Source: an uncultured Bacteroidales bacterium (lineage in GTDB: Bacteria > Bacteroidota > Bacteroidia > Bacteroidales > CAZJDA01). Taken from it: a stretch of DNA of 64,000 nucleotides. Shown one piece after another: positions 10,117 through 19,466 of the stretch. Both the position numbers and the translations under genes were made by a program. Position 1 is the first letter of the stretch. Each line of letters opens with the position of its first letter. The DNA lies in NCBI GenBank assembly GCA_964544705.1, contig CAZJDA010000004.1:8495-72494 (forward strand), given 5' to 3'. The notes below the pieces were generated by a model, which worked only from the letters and a program-made list of their open reading frames with translations, did not search any database and was not told where the DNA came from.

Positions 10117-10176
10117 TTGATAATCCTCCAGATATTTATTTTTTACTATTTCTTATTTTGCTTTATTGTGTTTTAC

Positions 10177-10184
10177 TATTTTTG
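10177..10184 (+). promoter_or_regulatory. Bacteroidota-type -7 promoter box (TAnnTTTG) upstream of proS
   Basis: TATTTTTG, 47 nt upstream of the ATG at 10231. Confidence 0.4.
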
Positions 10185-10230
10185 CACAAATGATTTCTTA
10201 ATAAATTGCAAATATTATACCAATTTAACT

Positions 10231-11706
10231 ATGGGCTCTAAATTTACAAAAAAAGAAGAAAATTATTCGCAATGGTATAACGATATTGTAAAAAATGCTG
10301 ATCTTGCAGAAAATTCTGCCGTAAGGGGATGCATGGTTATCAAGCCTTATGGCTATGCGATTTGGGAAAAAATACAATCTGTTTTGGATAAAAAATTTAA
10401 AGATACGGGCCATTCAAATGCTTACTTTCCAATATTCATACCAAAATCGTTTTTTAGTAAAGAAGCTTCGCATGTTGAAGGTTTTGCCAAGGAGTGTGCT
10501 GTTGTAACGCATTACAGGCTAAAAAATGATGAGAGTGGTAAAGGGATTGTTGTGGATGAAGATGCTAAACTGGAAGAAGAGCTAATAGTAAGGCCTACTT
10601 CAGAGACCATTATATGGGATACTTACCGAAAATGGATACAATCTTACCGTGATTTGCCTATACTTGTAAACCAGTGGGCTAATGTAGTGCGCTGGGAAAT
10701 GAGGACAAGATTATTCTTAAGAACTGCCGAATTTCTCTGGCAAGAAGGGCATACGGCCCATGCAACCAAGGAAGAGGCAATAGAAGAAACAACCAAAATG
10801 TTGGATGTTTATGCCGATTTTGCAGAAAATTGGATGTCAATACCTGTATTAAAAGGGACAAAAACAGCTTCTGAAAGATTTGCCGGTGCAGTGGATACAT
10901 ACTGTATAGAAGCTTTGATGCAAGATGGCAAGGCATTACAAGCCGGTACGTCTCACTTTTTGGGACAAAACTTTGCTAAAGCTTTTGATGTGAAATATGC
11001 GAGCAAAGAAGGAAAAGAAGAATATGTTTGGGCAACTTCATGGGGTGTATCTACTAGGTTAATGGGTGCTTTAATAATGGCTCACTCTGATAATAATGGA
11101 CTTGTACTTCCTCCTAAATTAGCGCCTATTCAAGTAGTTATAGTTCCAATTTATAAAAAAGCCGAACAACTGCAGCAAGTTTCTGAAAAAGCTGTTCAAA
11201 TAAAGAAAGCTTTAGAAGCTAAAGGTATTTCTGTTAAATTTGATGATAGGGATACCCATAAACCCGGGTGGAAATTCGCAGAATACGAATACAAAGGAGT
11301 GCCAGTAAGGCTCGCATTAGGGCCAAGAGATATGGAAAACAACACTATAGAGCTTGCACGAAGAGATACCCTTTCCAAAGAAGTAGTAGATATTGATGGG
11401 ATTGAAGAGAAAATTTTTAATTTGCTGGATGATATACAATCCAATATTTACAAAAAGGCTTTTGACTTTAGAAAGAACAATACTTATAAAGTAGAATCCT
11501 GGGAAGAGTTTAAAGATATAATAACAAATAAAGGCGGTTTTGTTTCTGCTCATTGGGATGGCACTGCGGAAACAGAAGAAAAGATCAAAGCAGAAACCAA
11601 AGCTACTATACGCTTAATCCCGCTTGATGGAGAAAAAGAAGAGGGAAAATGTGTTTATTCTGGCGCTAAATCTACTCAAAGAGTGATTTTCGCGAGGGCT
11701 TATTAA
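10231..11706 (+). CDS. proS: Prolyl-tRNA synthetase (archaeal/eukaryote-like class IIa type)
   Basis: [49 protein letters not shown] is the typical N-terminus of ~490-aa ProS. Class II motifs ([23 protein letters not shown]) and the C-terminal ...RVIFARAY are present. The track start at 10117 adds 38 hydrophobic junk residues and overlaps the promoter box, so I use the ATG at 10231. Confidence 0.9.
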   Translation: MGSKFTKKEENYSQWYNDIVKNADLAENSAVRGCMVIKPYGYAIWEKIQSVLDKKFKDTGHSNAYFPIFIPKSFFSKEASHVEGFAKECAVVTHYRLKNDESGKGIVVDEDAKLEEELIVRPTSETIIWDTYRKWIQSYRDLPILVNQWANVVRWEMRTRLFLRTAEFLWQEGHTAHATKEEAIEETTKMLDVYADFAENWMSIPVLKGTKTASERFAGAVDTYCIEALMQDGKALQAGTSHFLGQNFAKAFDVKYASKEGKEEYVWATSWGVSTRLMGALIMAHSDNNGLVLPPKLAPIQVVIVPIYKKAEQLQQVSEKAVQIKKALEAKGISVKFDDRDTHKPGWKFAEYEYKGVPVRLALGPRDMENNTIELARRDTLSKEVVDIDGIEEKIFNLLDDIQSNIYKKAFDFRKNNTYKVESWEEFKDIITNKGGFVSAHWDGTAETEEKIKAETKATIRLIPLDGEKEEGKCVYSGAKSTQRVIFARAY

Positions 11707-12443
11707 TCTCCTTTAATAAGTTCTCCCCTGCCGGGGTTCTCAAGTATAATCTTTGATGGGTTTCCGTAATAGTAAACATCCCCCATGAATTCAATAAAGG
11801 CTTTTAAGCTGTCTGATGCATAAACATAAGTATTGCATTCACTTCTATGGATGATCAAAGAATATGGGGTGTGGAAATGCCTGCTGTCGATAGGCCCATT
11901 AGCATCTTGAAAAGCAACATAATAGGGTGTTCTTCCCTTTATATTTACATCTGCATGGCCTGAATAATTTTGTACATACGCCCTGTTTGTGTTTAATAAC
12001 AAATTTAATGTTCCATGCCCATCATGAATATCAAGCCGGAAAACATCAGCCTTCAGAGTATCTTTAAAAGTTACTTCAGAAATTCCTGCATATAAAATAT
12101 GAATCAGAGAGGTTGTATGAACGTGCAATTCAACATCTTTTTTAAAACTGCGTACCCAATTGCAAGTATTATGATTTCTTACTTTTAGGGTGTCGTTATA
12201 TATTTCTGTTTCGATTTTATCAAGCAGGTTTTCACCACCTTTTATATCAATGTAATCGGAAGAATCAGGATAAATATAGATCTTGAAGTCATGGTTGATA
12301 TCCATTCCAATAAATTTTGGAAGGTCTATTCTTTCTTCCTTGATCTTTCCTGTGCCATTAAAACAATCCCACTTGTTTTCCTTATTACAAGAAAAAAATA
12401 AGATAATGCCAATGATAATAATAAATTGAATGTTCTTCATCAT
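11703..12443 (-). CDS. DUF2807-like (putative adhesin-head/GIN domain) lipoprotein
   Basis: The start is moved to [19 protein letters not shown] (lipobox) at 12443, 1 nt after the stop of the upstream PagL-like gene. Beta-rich repeats with 'D..G.G' patterns resemble DUF2807. The stop overlaps the proS stop (convergent). Confidence 0.55.
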   Translation of the reverse strand: MMKNIQFIIIIGIILFFSCNKENKWDCFNGTGKIKEERIDLPKFIGMDINHDFKIYIYPDSSDYIDIKGGENLLDKIETEIYNDTLKVRNHNTCNWVRSFKKDVELHVHTTSLIHILYAGISEVTFKDTLKADVFRLDIHDGHGTLNLLLNTNRAYVQNYSGHADVNIKGRTPYYVAFQDANGPIDSRHFHTPYSLIIHRSECNTYVYASDSLKAFIEFMGDVYYYGNPSKIILENPGRGELIKGD

Positions 12444-12444
12444 A

Positions 12445-13560
12445 TTAAAATTTATAACCAACGGCAAAACTAAGAAATTCAGCCTTAGCAAAATGAGACT
12501 TAAATGCCGTTGTAACAAAAATATTATTTTTTAAAAAATATCTCAAGTTTAAAGTATTATAAATAATTCCATCACTTTTTTCTTTGGAATATAAATAGGT
12601 ACCCACTGAAAAACCTATTGCTAAATCTGAGAAACACAAATTATGCCCAAAATGAATCCCGGGCTGAATAATTTCTAAACGATTATTGTATTCAATGCTA
12701 TCCATATCCAACAAGAAAAAATCAGAATCATCATAAAAAACATCCAAGCCGGCATTAAGCTGTGAAATATGGCCAATAAACCTATTTGCTTCAAAGCTGG
12801 CATAATAGACAAAATAATGATTGGGATATAAGTCGTCGCCGGGTATTTCTTTATAGCCTACCCCACCACTGGCCAAGAAATCAATTTTTTTATTGATTGC
12901 AGGTTCGGGCAGGTGATCTACTATTTGCCGCTTTTTGCCAAATTTATAAGATGCTGAAACATTTATCGTTGCATTATTGATACCCAGGTTGGGTTGCTCA
13001 ACAGAACTATTGGAGAAATGCGTAATACCAAAAGAAGAAGCAATATCTACCCTTTCTGATAAATATAATTTAGATTTGAAATGAATATTATGGGCCCCGT
13101 TAAAGTGTGAACCTATGGCAAAATTTTTATTATTATGTTTGGCGTGGTACCTTTTTGTAAGATAGCCAACTCCACTGCCAAAGCGCAAAATTTGTTTAAA
13201 TTTTTTTGTACGGAACAAGGTAAAATCCATAAAAGGAAACAAAGCGTGTGCCGTTCCCAGTATTTCTTTATTGGCAAGGTTACTTTGCCAATAGCTCAAT
13301 CCAAAACGCGGGTAGCCAAGGCAATGTTGCCAATATTCATTTCCAATAGTATGTTTTCCAATGGATACTTCGTAGGCGGGAAAATGCCCTTGCACCAATA
13401 TATTCATCTGTGGGTAATGGGTAGCAAGAAACCCATAATGAATAAGTGGTTCAATAAAATAAGCCCGGGTTTGCTTTTCTTTGATATCTTGTGAAAGCAT
13501 GGAACGCATGATGCAGCAAGCAAATAAAACCAATATTATTTTAATCCTTGCTTTTCCCAT
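12445..13560 (-). CDS. PagL-family acyloxyacyl hydrolase (lipid A deacylase-like) outer-membrane protein, paralogue 1
   Basis: 371 aa with a signal peptide. HFSNSSVEQPNLGIN carries the His-x-Ser catalytic signature and PN.G.N of the PagL/acyloxyacyl hydrolase family. The C-terminus AVGYKF is typical of OM barrels. Confidence 0.65.
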   Translation of the reverse strand: MGKARIKIILVLFACCIMRSMLSQDIKEKQTRAYFIEPLIHYGFLATHYPQMNILVQGHFPAYEVSIGKHTIGNEYWQHCLGYPRFGLSYWQSNLANKEILGTAHALFPFMDFTLFRTKKFKQILRFGSGVGYLTKRYHAKHNNKNFAIGSHFNGAHNIHFKSKLYLSERVDIASSFGITHFSNSSVEQPNLGINNATINVSASYKFGKKRQIVDHLPEPAINKKIDFLASGGVGYKEIPGDDLYPNHYFVYYASFEANRFIGHISQLNAGLDVFYDDSDFFLLDMDSIEYNNRLEIIQPGIHFGHNLCFSDLAIGFSVGTYLYSKEKSDGIIYNTLNLRYFLKNNIFVTTAFKSHFAKAEFLSFAVGYKF

Positions 13561-13589
13561 TTAATTCATGTATTGTTTTTTATTCATAC

Positions 13590-14702
13590 CTAAAATTTAT
13601 ATCCAACGGCCCAACCAAAAAAATCGGCTTCAACCAAGTGCACTTTTAAGCAAATACTTAAGCAATAATGATCCCAAAAAACATATCTTGCTCTTAACGT
13701 GTTGTAGTTTACTTTGTCGATCTTAGTTTTCCTGTAGAGGTAAGTACCTACAATAGTGGAAAACGTAAAATCTTCAAACGTAAAATTATGCCCAAAGTGT
13801 ATACCCGGTTTAAGCAATTCAACCTTTTTGTAAGGAATACTGTCTCTATCCAATTTATTTATGTCTGCATGATCGTAAAAAATATCCAAACCTGCTGTAA
13901 GCCTGTTTGTGAAGCTTACCGGCTTTTCAACTTGGAAACTTGTATAATGCACTGTAAATTTTTCCGGGTACACATCATCAAAAGGCATTTCCTTTATTCC
14001 CATACCCGTTAATACATAATAATTCATTTTATCTGCCCATTTTTTCCCGGGGTCTCTATCCAGCAACGGTTTCTTGGTTCCAAATTTATATGTGCTTGCA
14101 AAAGCAAGCGTAGGCAAGTTATATCCTAAATTTGGTTGTGAAAAGGCTCCATTAGAAAAATGGGTAATTCCTATGGATGCAGAAAGATCAAGCCGATCGG
14201 AAATGCGGAACCTAGAGATAAAATGCAACTTGGCGGAAGCATTTAAGGCTGATGAAACCACAAAATTTTTATGATTGTCAACCCTGTCATGCACTTTCGT
14301 TACATAACCCAAGCCTGGCCCAAAACGCATGATCTCCGTAAATCGTTTGTTCTTGTAAAGATGAAAATCCATAAACGGGTAAAAAGCATATCCTTCACCC
14401 AATATCTCAGCGTTTGCAAGGTCTGCATACCAAAAACTCAATCCAAACCTGGGGTAGCCCATACGATATTGCCAAATTTTTTTTCCTAGCGTTTGTTTGC
14501 CAATAGAGAACTCGTAAGCAGGAAAATGGCCTTTAAGCAATACATTCATCTCGGGATAATGACAAGCTAAAAAACCAAAAACATGCATATGAGGTTCAAT
14601 AAAATAAGGGTGAACTTCATTGTTTTCCGTAGTTTGGCTGTATGTAGGCCTACACAATAAAAAGGCAAAAATTAGATATATGAATAATATTGTTTTCCTC
14701 AT
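13590..14702 (-). CDS. PagL-family acyloxyacyl hydrolase-like outer-membrane protein, paralogue 2
   Basis: HFSNGAFSQPNLGYN motif, colinear with the other two paralogues along its whole length. The start is moved to MRKTILFIYLIFAFLL (ATG at 14702) rather than the track start at 14759. Confidence 0.65.
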   Translation of the reverse strand: MRKTILFIYLIFAFLLCRPTYSQTTENNEVHPYFIEPHMHVFGFLACHYPEMNVLLKGHFPAYEFSIGKQTLGKKIWQYRMGYPRFGLSFWYADLANAEILGEGYAFYPFMDFHLYKNKRFTEIMRFGPGLGYVTKVHDRVDNHKNFVVSSALNASAKLHFISRFRISDRLDLSASIGITHFSNGAFSQPNLGYNLPTLAFASTYKFGTKKPLLDRDPGKKWADKMNYYVLTGMGIKEMPFDDVYPEKFTVHYTSFQVEKPVSFTNRLTAGLDIFYDHADINKLDRDSIPYKKVELLKPGIHFGHNFTFEDFTFSTIVGTYLYRKTKIDKVNYNTLRARYVFWDHYCLSICLKVHLVEADFFGWAVGYKF

Positions 14703-14788
14703 TTTTTCTTCCCATCCTTGTTTGCAGCTATATCCAAAACACGCCTGCAAATATAACACAAAGTTGATTTGACCTTGATAACCAACTA

Positions 14789-15922
14789 TTATAATTTATA
14801 CCCAAAAGCAAAACCTGCAAAATCAGCTTCTACAAGATGCACTTTTAAGGAAAGGCTCACAGAATACTTGTCAAGAAAAGTATATCTTGCAGCAAGCTTG
14901 CTATAATTCAGGTGGTCAATCTTGATTTTTCTATACAAATAAACACCAGACATTAAAGCAATAGTAAAATCCTCAAGATTAAGGTTATGGCCAATATGGA
15001 TGCCGGGTTTAATGATTTCATGGCTTTTAAAGGATATGTTTTCTCTTTCAAGTTTATCAATGTCTGCATAATCATAAAAAACATCCACACCTCCAATTAT
15101 ATCTGATACACAACCAATTTGCTTTTCCGCTTCAAAACTCATAAAATATACTGTATACTTTTGCGGGTAGACTTCATGAAAAGGAATTTCTTTTACTCCC
15201 ATTCCTCCCCAAATATTAAAATCAACACCTTTTTTCCTGTATTTTTCAATTTTGGAACGATCAAAAGTTTCCTTTTCTCCAAATTTGTATACAGAAGATA
15301 CTGCGCAGGTTAATATGTTGAACCCGGTGTTGGGTTGGGCAAAAGCTGCATTGGAAAAATGCGTTAACCCAAAAGATGCTGCCACATCCCACCTTTTAGA
15401 TAAGGTAAATTGTGATTTAAAATGCAGGTTATCAGCGCCATGAAAATGAGAGCCAATAGAAAAGTTTTTATAATTATGCACCCTGTTATATTTTTTTGAA
15501 AGATAGCCTAAACCACTACCAAACCTAAAATACTGTGTAAAAAACTTGCCCCTGTATAATGTGAAATCAATAAAAGGATAAAGGGCGTGCCCTTGTCCGA
15601 GGATCTCTTTATTGGCAAGGTCAGCATACCAATAGCTTATACCAAAACGCGGGTAGCCAAGGCATTTTTGCCACTGCCGATTTCCAAAAGTTTGTTTGCC
15701 TATTGTAATATCTATGGCAGGAAAATGCCCGGTAACAAAAACTTGCATTGATGGGTAATGCCTCAGGATAAAACCATAATGCACTTTTGGTTCAAAAAAA
15801 TATTTGTGAGCGATATCCTCACCTTTTTTATGCGTTTGATTATATCCCGAGAGGGAAAAGGCAACCCCAATAAATAATAATAGTAACCTTTTATACACTT
15901 TTTGGTGTTTTATCCAGTCCAA
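14789..15922 (-). CDS. PagL-family acyloxyacyl hydrolase-like outer-membrane protein, paralogue 3
   Basis: 377 aa. HFSNAAFAQPNTGFN motif, with shared blocks GHFPA..I.IGK.T.G...WQ...GYPRFG.SYW..DLANKEILG and a C-terminal FGYKL. Confidence 0.65.
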   Translation of the reverse strand: MDWIKHQKVYKRLLLLFIGVAFSLSGYNQTHKKGEDIAHKYFFEPKVHYGFILRHYPSMQVFVTGHFPAIDITIGKQTFGNRQWQKCLGYPRFGISYWYADLANKEILGQGHALYPFIDFTLYRGKFFTQYFRFGSGLGYLSKKYNRVHNYKNFSIGSHFHGADNLHFKSQFTLSKRWDVAASFGLTHFSNAAFAQPNTGFNILTCAVSSVYKFGEKETFDRSKIEKYRKKGVDFNIWGGMGVKEIPFHEVYPQKYTVYFMSFEAEKQIGCVSDIIGGVDVFYDYADIDKLERENISFKSHEIIKPGIHIGHNLNLEDFTIALMSGVYLYRKIKIDHLNYSKLAARYTFLDKYSVSLSLKVHLVEADFAGFAFGYKL

Positions 15923-15993
15923 TTTTCATGCAAATATAAACCAAACCAACCGCTCTTAATATAAACTATGGATAAAAATTAATGAATAAGTTA

Positions 15994-16001
15994 TATCTTT
16001 G
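15994..16001 (+). promoter_or_regulatory. Bacteroidota-type -7 promoter box (TAnnTTTG) upstream of mazG
   Basis: TATCTTTG ends 12 nt before the ATG at 16013. Confidence 0.4.
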
Positions 16002-16012
16002 CGAAAAAAATT

Positions 16013-16783
16013 ATGGACAAAAGGTTAGAAGCATTTAAGCGGTTGCTCGATATAATGGATGAATTGCGGGCAGGCTGCCCCTGGGACAAAAAGCAAACCT
16101 TGGAGAGTTTACGTTACCTTACCATTGAAGAAACTTACGAATTATCCGATGCCATCCTTGACAAAAATATGGATGATATAAAAAAAGAGCTTGGCGACCT
16201 GGTTTTACACATTGTTTTTTATTCTAAAATAGCTTCCGAGAAAAATGCCTTTGATATAACCGATGTGCTTGAGAGTATTTCGGAAAAGTTGATCCATAGG
16301 CACCCGCATATTTATGGAGATGTAAAAGCACAAACAGACGAAGATGTAAAAAACAACTGGGAAAAGATTAAGTTGAAAGAGGGTAAAAAATCGGTTTTAG
16401 AAGGCGTTCCCAAGTCCTTACCGGCTCTTGTTAAAGCTTACAGGATGCAGGAAAAAGCGAGAGGCGTAGGCTTTGATTGGGAAAGACCCACGCAAGTTTG
16501 GGAGAAGGTTGAAGAAGAACTCAAAGAATTCAAAGACGAAGTAGAAAACAATTCGTCACAGAAAAAAATTGAACAAGAATTTGGTGATTTACTTTTTGCG
16601 TTGATCAATTATGCCAGGTTTATCGATGTGAATCCCGAGGATGCTTTAGAACGTACAAATAGAAAATTCAGGAGCAGGTTTGGTTACTTGGAAAAAAATG
16701 CAAAAGAAAGCGGTAAATCAATGCATGATATGTCGCTCGCCGAGATGGATGTTTTCTGGAATAAAGCCAAAGAAAAGGAATAA
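16013..16783 (+). CDS. mazG: Nucleoside triphosphate pyrophosphohydrolase MazG
   Basis: 256 aa with two tandem MazG domains. Motifs: CPWDKKQT..SL..YTIEETYEL, EELGDLVLHIVF, second EEFGDLLFALINYARF, and RHPHIYGD. Confidence 0.85.
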   Translation: MDKRLEAFKRLLDIMDELRAGCPWDKKQTLESLRYLTIEETYELSDAILDKNMDDIKKELGDLVLHIVFYSKIASEKNAFDITDVLESISEKLIHRHPHIYGDVKAQTDEDVKNNWEKIKLKEGKKSVLEGVPKSLPALVKAYRMQEKARGVGFDWERPTQVWEKVEEELKEFKDEVENNSSQKKIEQEFGDLLFALINYARFIDVNPEDALERTNRKFRSRFGYLEKNAKESGKSMHDMSLAEMDVFWNKAKEKE

Positions 16784-16795
16784 ATAGCAAGTTTA

Positions 16796-17629
16796 ATGGT
16801 TGGAAATAGGTGCTTGAAATATATTGGCGTTTCATTATTATTGTTTTCTTTATTTATTGATGTTAAGGCACAAAAAGATAGCATTCATATTGACAGTACA
16901 ACAAAAAGAAACTACCTAAAAGAATTTATTGTTGACCTGAAAGATGTGGCGCTTGCTCCAAAAAGGTTTAATGATAAACAATGGTTAACAACAGGTGTTT
17001 TTCTTGGAGGCACGTCTGTAATTTATTCGCAAGACAGGCAGCTTAATAAATTTTTCCAGGATAACAGGACAGATTTCACTGACCGGGTTTCAGGCTTACT
17101 TTTTGACCCTTGGGGCGATGGGTATTATTCAGTTCCATTGGTGGGAGTTTTATTTCTTTATGGGCATCTCAATAAAAAGCCCCGTGAAAAAAGGATTGCC
17201 ATAACCACTGCTAAAGCTATGGCTGTGAGTGCAGTTTATATTTATTCGATGAAAAAATTGTTTCACAGGCATCGCCCCAATGAACATCCTCCAAACCCTT
17301 TTGCCTGGGACGGGCCTTCGCTGAGTCACGACCATAATGCTTTTCCATCAGGGCATACTGTTATTGCTTTTACTGTAGCTTCCACGCTTTCTAGTGAGTA
17401 TAAGGATAAACCTTTTATCCCTATTACCTTATATTCCTTAGCAGGATTTACTGCGGCTTCAAGGTTGAATGATAACAAACACTGGGTTAGCGATGTTGTT
17501 GCAGGTGGGTTATTGGGATATGGAATTGGAAAACTGGTTTATAATAATGACAAGAAAAGGCTGAAGTTATCTCCCCAATTTACTTTACAAACCTATGGAT
17601 TAGGCTTGACTTACGAATTTAGAAACTAA
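16796..17629 (+). CDS. PAP2-family (type 2 phosphatidic acid phosphatase superfamily) membrane phosphatase
   Basis: All three PAP2 motifs are present: KKLFHRHRP (KxxxxxxRP), PSGH, and SRLNDNKHWVSDV (SRxxxxxHxxxD). Confidence 0.8.
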   Translation: MVGNRCLKYIGVSLLLFSLFIDVKAQKDSIHIDSTTKRNYLKEFIVDLKDVALAPKRFNDKQWLTTGVFLGGTSVIYSQDRQLNKFFQDNRTDFTDRVSGLLFDPWGDGYYSVPLVGVLFLYGHLNKKPREKRIAITTAKAMAVSAVYIYSMKKLFHRHRPNEHPPNPFAWDGPSLSHDHNAFPSGHTVIAFTVASTLSSEYKDKPFIPITLYSLAGFTAASRLNDNKHWVSDVVAGGLLGYGIGKLVYNNDKKRLKLSPQFTLQTYGLGLTYEFRN

Positions 17630-17665
17630 CATGGTGAAGATTTTTTTTATAAGCTGGGAATTTAT

Positions 17666-19123
17666 CTAAGAATGCTTTCTTAACCAATTGGAATAGTTGA
17701 TAAACCGTATCTCATCAAATTTTTCATCTTCGGCGTATAATGGAAAGTTAACCATTTTTCTCTGTATACCATGATCTTGTGTATTTCCTTCATTGTTGGC
17801 AAGGTCTTTTAAAATGTCTATAAAGGCTTTTTCTTTCCTGTTATTATCCTCCGAGAGATACTTCTTGAATTCTTCTTTTAATTGGTCAGTGCGGTATTGA
17901 ATGTATTCATAATCTTTCATTTCATAGCGGATAATTAGTTCTGTAACCACCGCTTTGAACTTAAGTTGATCGCCTGTTCTTGTGTAACTGTCATACATGT
18001 ATAATTTATAAATATTTGCTATAGCTTTATGATAGTCTTCTTTTTCGTACCATATGATTGCCAATGATAAGAAGATGTATATTTCAAAGTCGGGTATTTT
18101 AGAAAACTCGGTATCTGTTTTTAATTTTTCGAGGATATCTATTGCTTTGCCAGGATCATAGGCAGCATAATTCTTTACAAGGGCGTTATAATAAGTAAAA
18201 AGGTATTCATCGTATAGCAAGCCATTGTATTGCTCCATAGCGCTTTTTAGCTTTTGAACATAGCTTAATGCTCGTTCATATTTGCCATTATTATATAAAG
18301 TTTCAATAAACCCGCTAAGCATCTGGAGCTTGATATGGTGAGTGTTTTTATTAAATAATCCATCTTCGTTAAACCTGAGGTAAGTTGTGAGCAGATAAAC
18401 TTCTAATGTAGCATAATCCTTTTTTTCTAAGAGAATCCGGCTTACAGTCTCGTAGATTTTCATTTTTAAGTCTGCACTGTTTTTTACCTTTACATCGTTA
18501 GAAATATCGTCTATGGTGCTTTTTAGTAATGGGAAAATAGGTTTTTTGAGTGATGACAAGTCTTCTGTGTGTTTTAGTTTAAAACTAACAGCCGCTAATA
18601 TTTCATTGATTTGCTTGAGCTTTTCAAGTTGTACAGCATTTTGCTTGCGTTTTTGGATATATTCCTCTACATTGATCTCATAGAAATGCAAAGAGTAGCG
18701 GATAAAATCCGTATAGACCACATCGAGTAACTCATGTTTACTTTTATTACCCGCAATGTTTTCGGCTTTTTTCAGGAAATTTAGACAAGCTTTCGATTCG
18801 TTCCTGTTATAATAAAATTTTGACATAGAAATGAGGTGGTGAATATAGGTTTCATCATCCTTTTCAAAGTGTTGAAGATACAGGCTTGTATTAATATCAT
18901 TCATAAGCCGGTTTTTTAAACGATAAAAAGCATTTTTGTTTTTTTGCTTATACAATTTTGATACAATGAATTCTTCGTTATATTTATCTTTCGAGCGCCT
19001 TATATAATCGAAGAGCATAAGATCTTTCCTGTCGGGCTTATCTAATGTACGCGAAATATAGAGCTTAAAGGCCCTGATTTCCTCTTTATTCAGGCTTAGT
19101 ATAATTTTTTGCAATAAATCCAT
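17666..19123 (-). CDS. Hypothetical all-helical (TPR-like) protein
   Basis: 485 aa, a clean ORF with repeated ~34-aa helical hairpin-like segments rich in Y/L/K/E. I recognise no family motif. It is divergent from the sensor kinase. Confidence 0.5.
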   Translation of the reverse strand: MDLLQKIILSLNKEEIRAFKLYISRTLDKPDRKDLMLFDYIRRSKDKYNEEFIVSKLYKQKNKNAFYRLKNRLMNDINTSLYLQHFEKDDETYIHHLISMSKFYYNRNESKACLNFLKKAENIAGNKSKHELLDVVYTDFIRYSLHFYEINVEEYIQKRKQNAVQLEKLKQINEILAAVSFKLKHTEDLSSLKKPIFPLLKSTIDDISNDVKVKNSADLKMKIYETVSRILLEKKDYATLEVYLLTTYLRFNEDGLFNKNTHHIKLQMLSGFIETLYNNGKYERALSYVQKLKSAMEQYNGLLYDEYLFTYYNALVKNYAAYDPGKAIDILEKLKTDTEFSKIPDFEIYIFLSLAIIWYEKEDYHKAIANIYKLYMYDSYTRTGDQLKFKAVVTELIIRYEMKDYEYIQYRTDQLKEEFKKYLSEDNNRKEKAFIDILKDLANNEGNTQDHGIQRKMVNFPLYAEDEKFDEIRFINYSNWLRKHS

Positions 19124-19466
19124 ACGCCATAGTTTTTCCTTTTGACCAGGTAAGAAAAGTAATACATTTTTTTGTGAAAAACAACTACTTATGCAAATTT
19201 ATTTTCGTGGCAACAAATGCATTGCTAATCTATGCTTTGTACTAGTATATTTGCAAAATGTGTAAAGCTATTTTTTTAAACCTTAAATGTATTTTTTTAT
19301 TTGGGAAATTGATACCTGGTATTAAAAAAATTGGTAGGTTTGGATTACAGTTTTAAACGTATTGTCTTCATATATGTTTTCTAAGTTCTATCAATAAGCG
19401 CTTTAGAAAAAGGGGGGTTGCTTACCCACGGCTATTTGAATTCAAAATAAAGAATGAAAAATATTT

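Noticed and set aside
10117-10230. Upstream extensions offered by the ORF track for proS (10117), the M1 peptidase (38613), PagL paralogue 2 (14759), the DUF2807-like gene (12518), parE (24103), pseF (50897) and pseI (54618)
   Set aside because: In each case an internal ATG gives a canonical N-terminus (signal peptide or conserved family start). It also removes overlap with the neighbouring gene or promoter box. The extensions encode hydrophobic or junk residues.
11703-11706. Overlapping convergent stop codons of proS and the DUF2807-like gene (TTAA)
   Set aside because: The overlap is real but trivial. Compact convergent ends without a visible terminator are common and do not by themselves indicate regulation.
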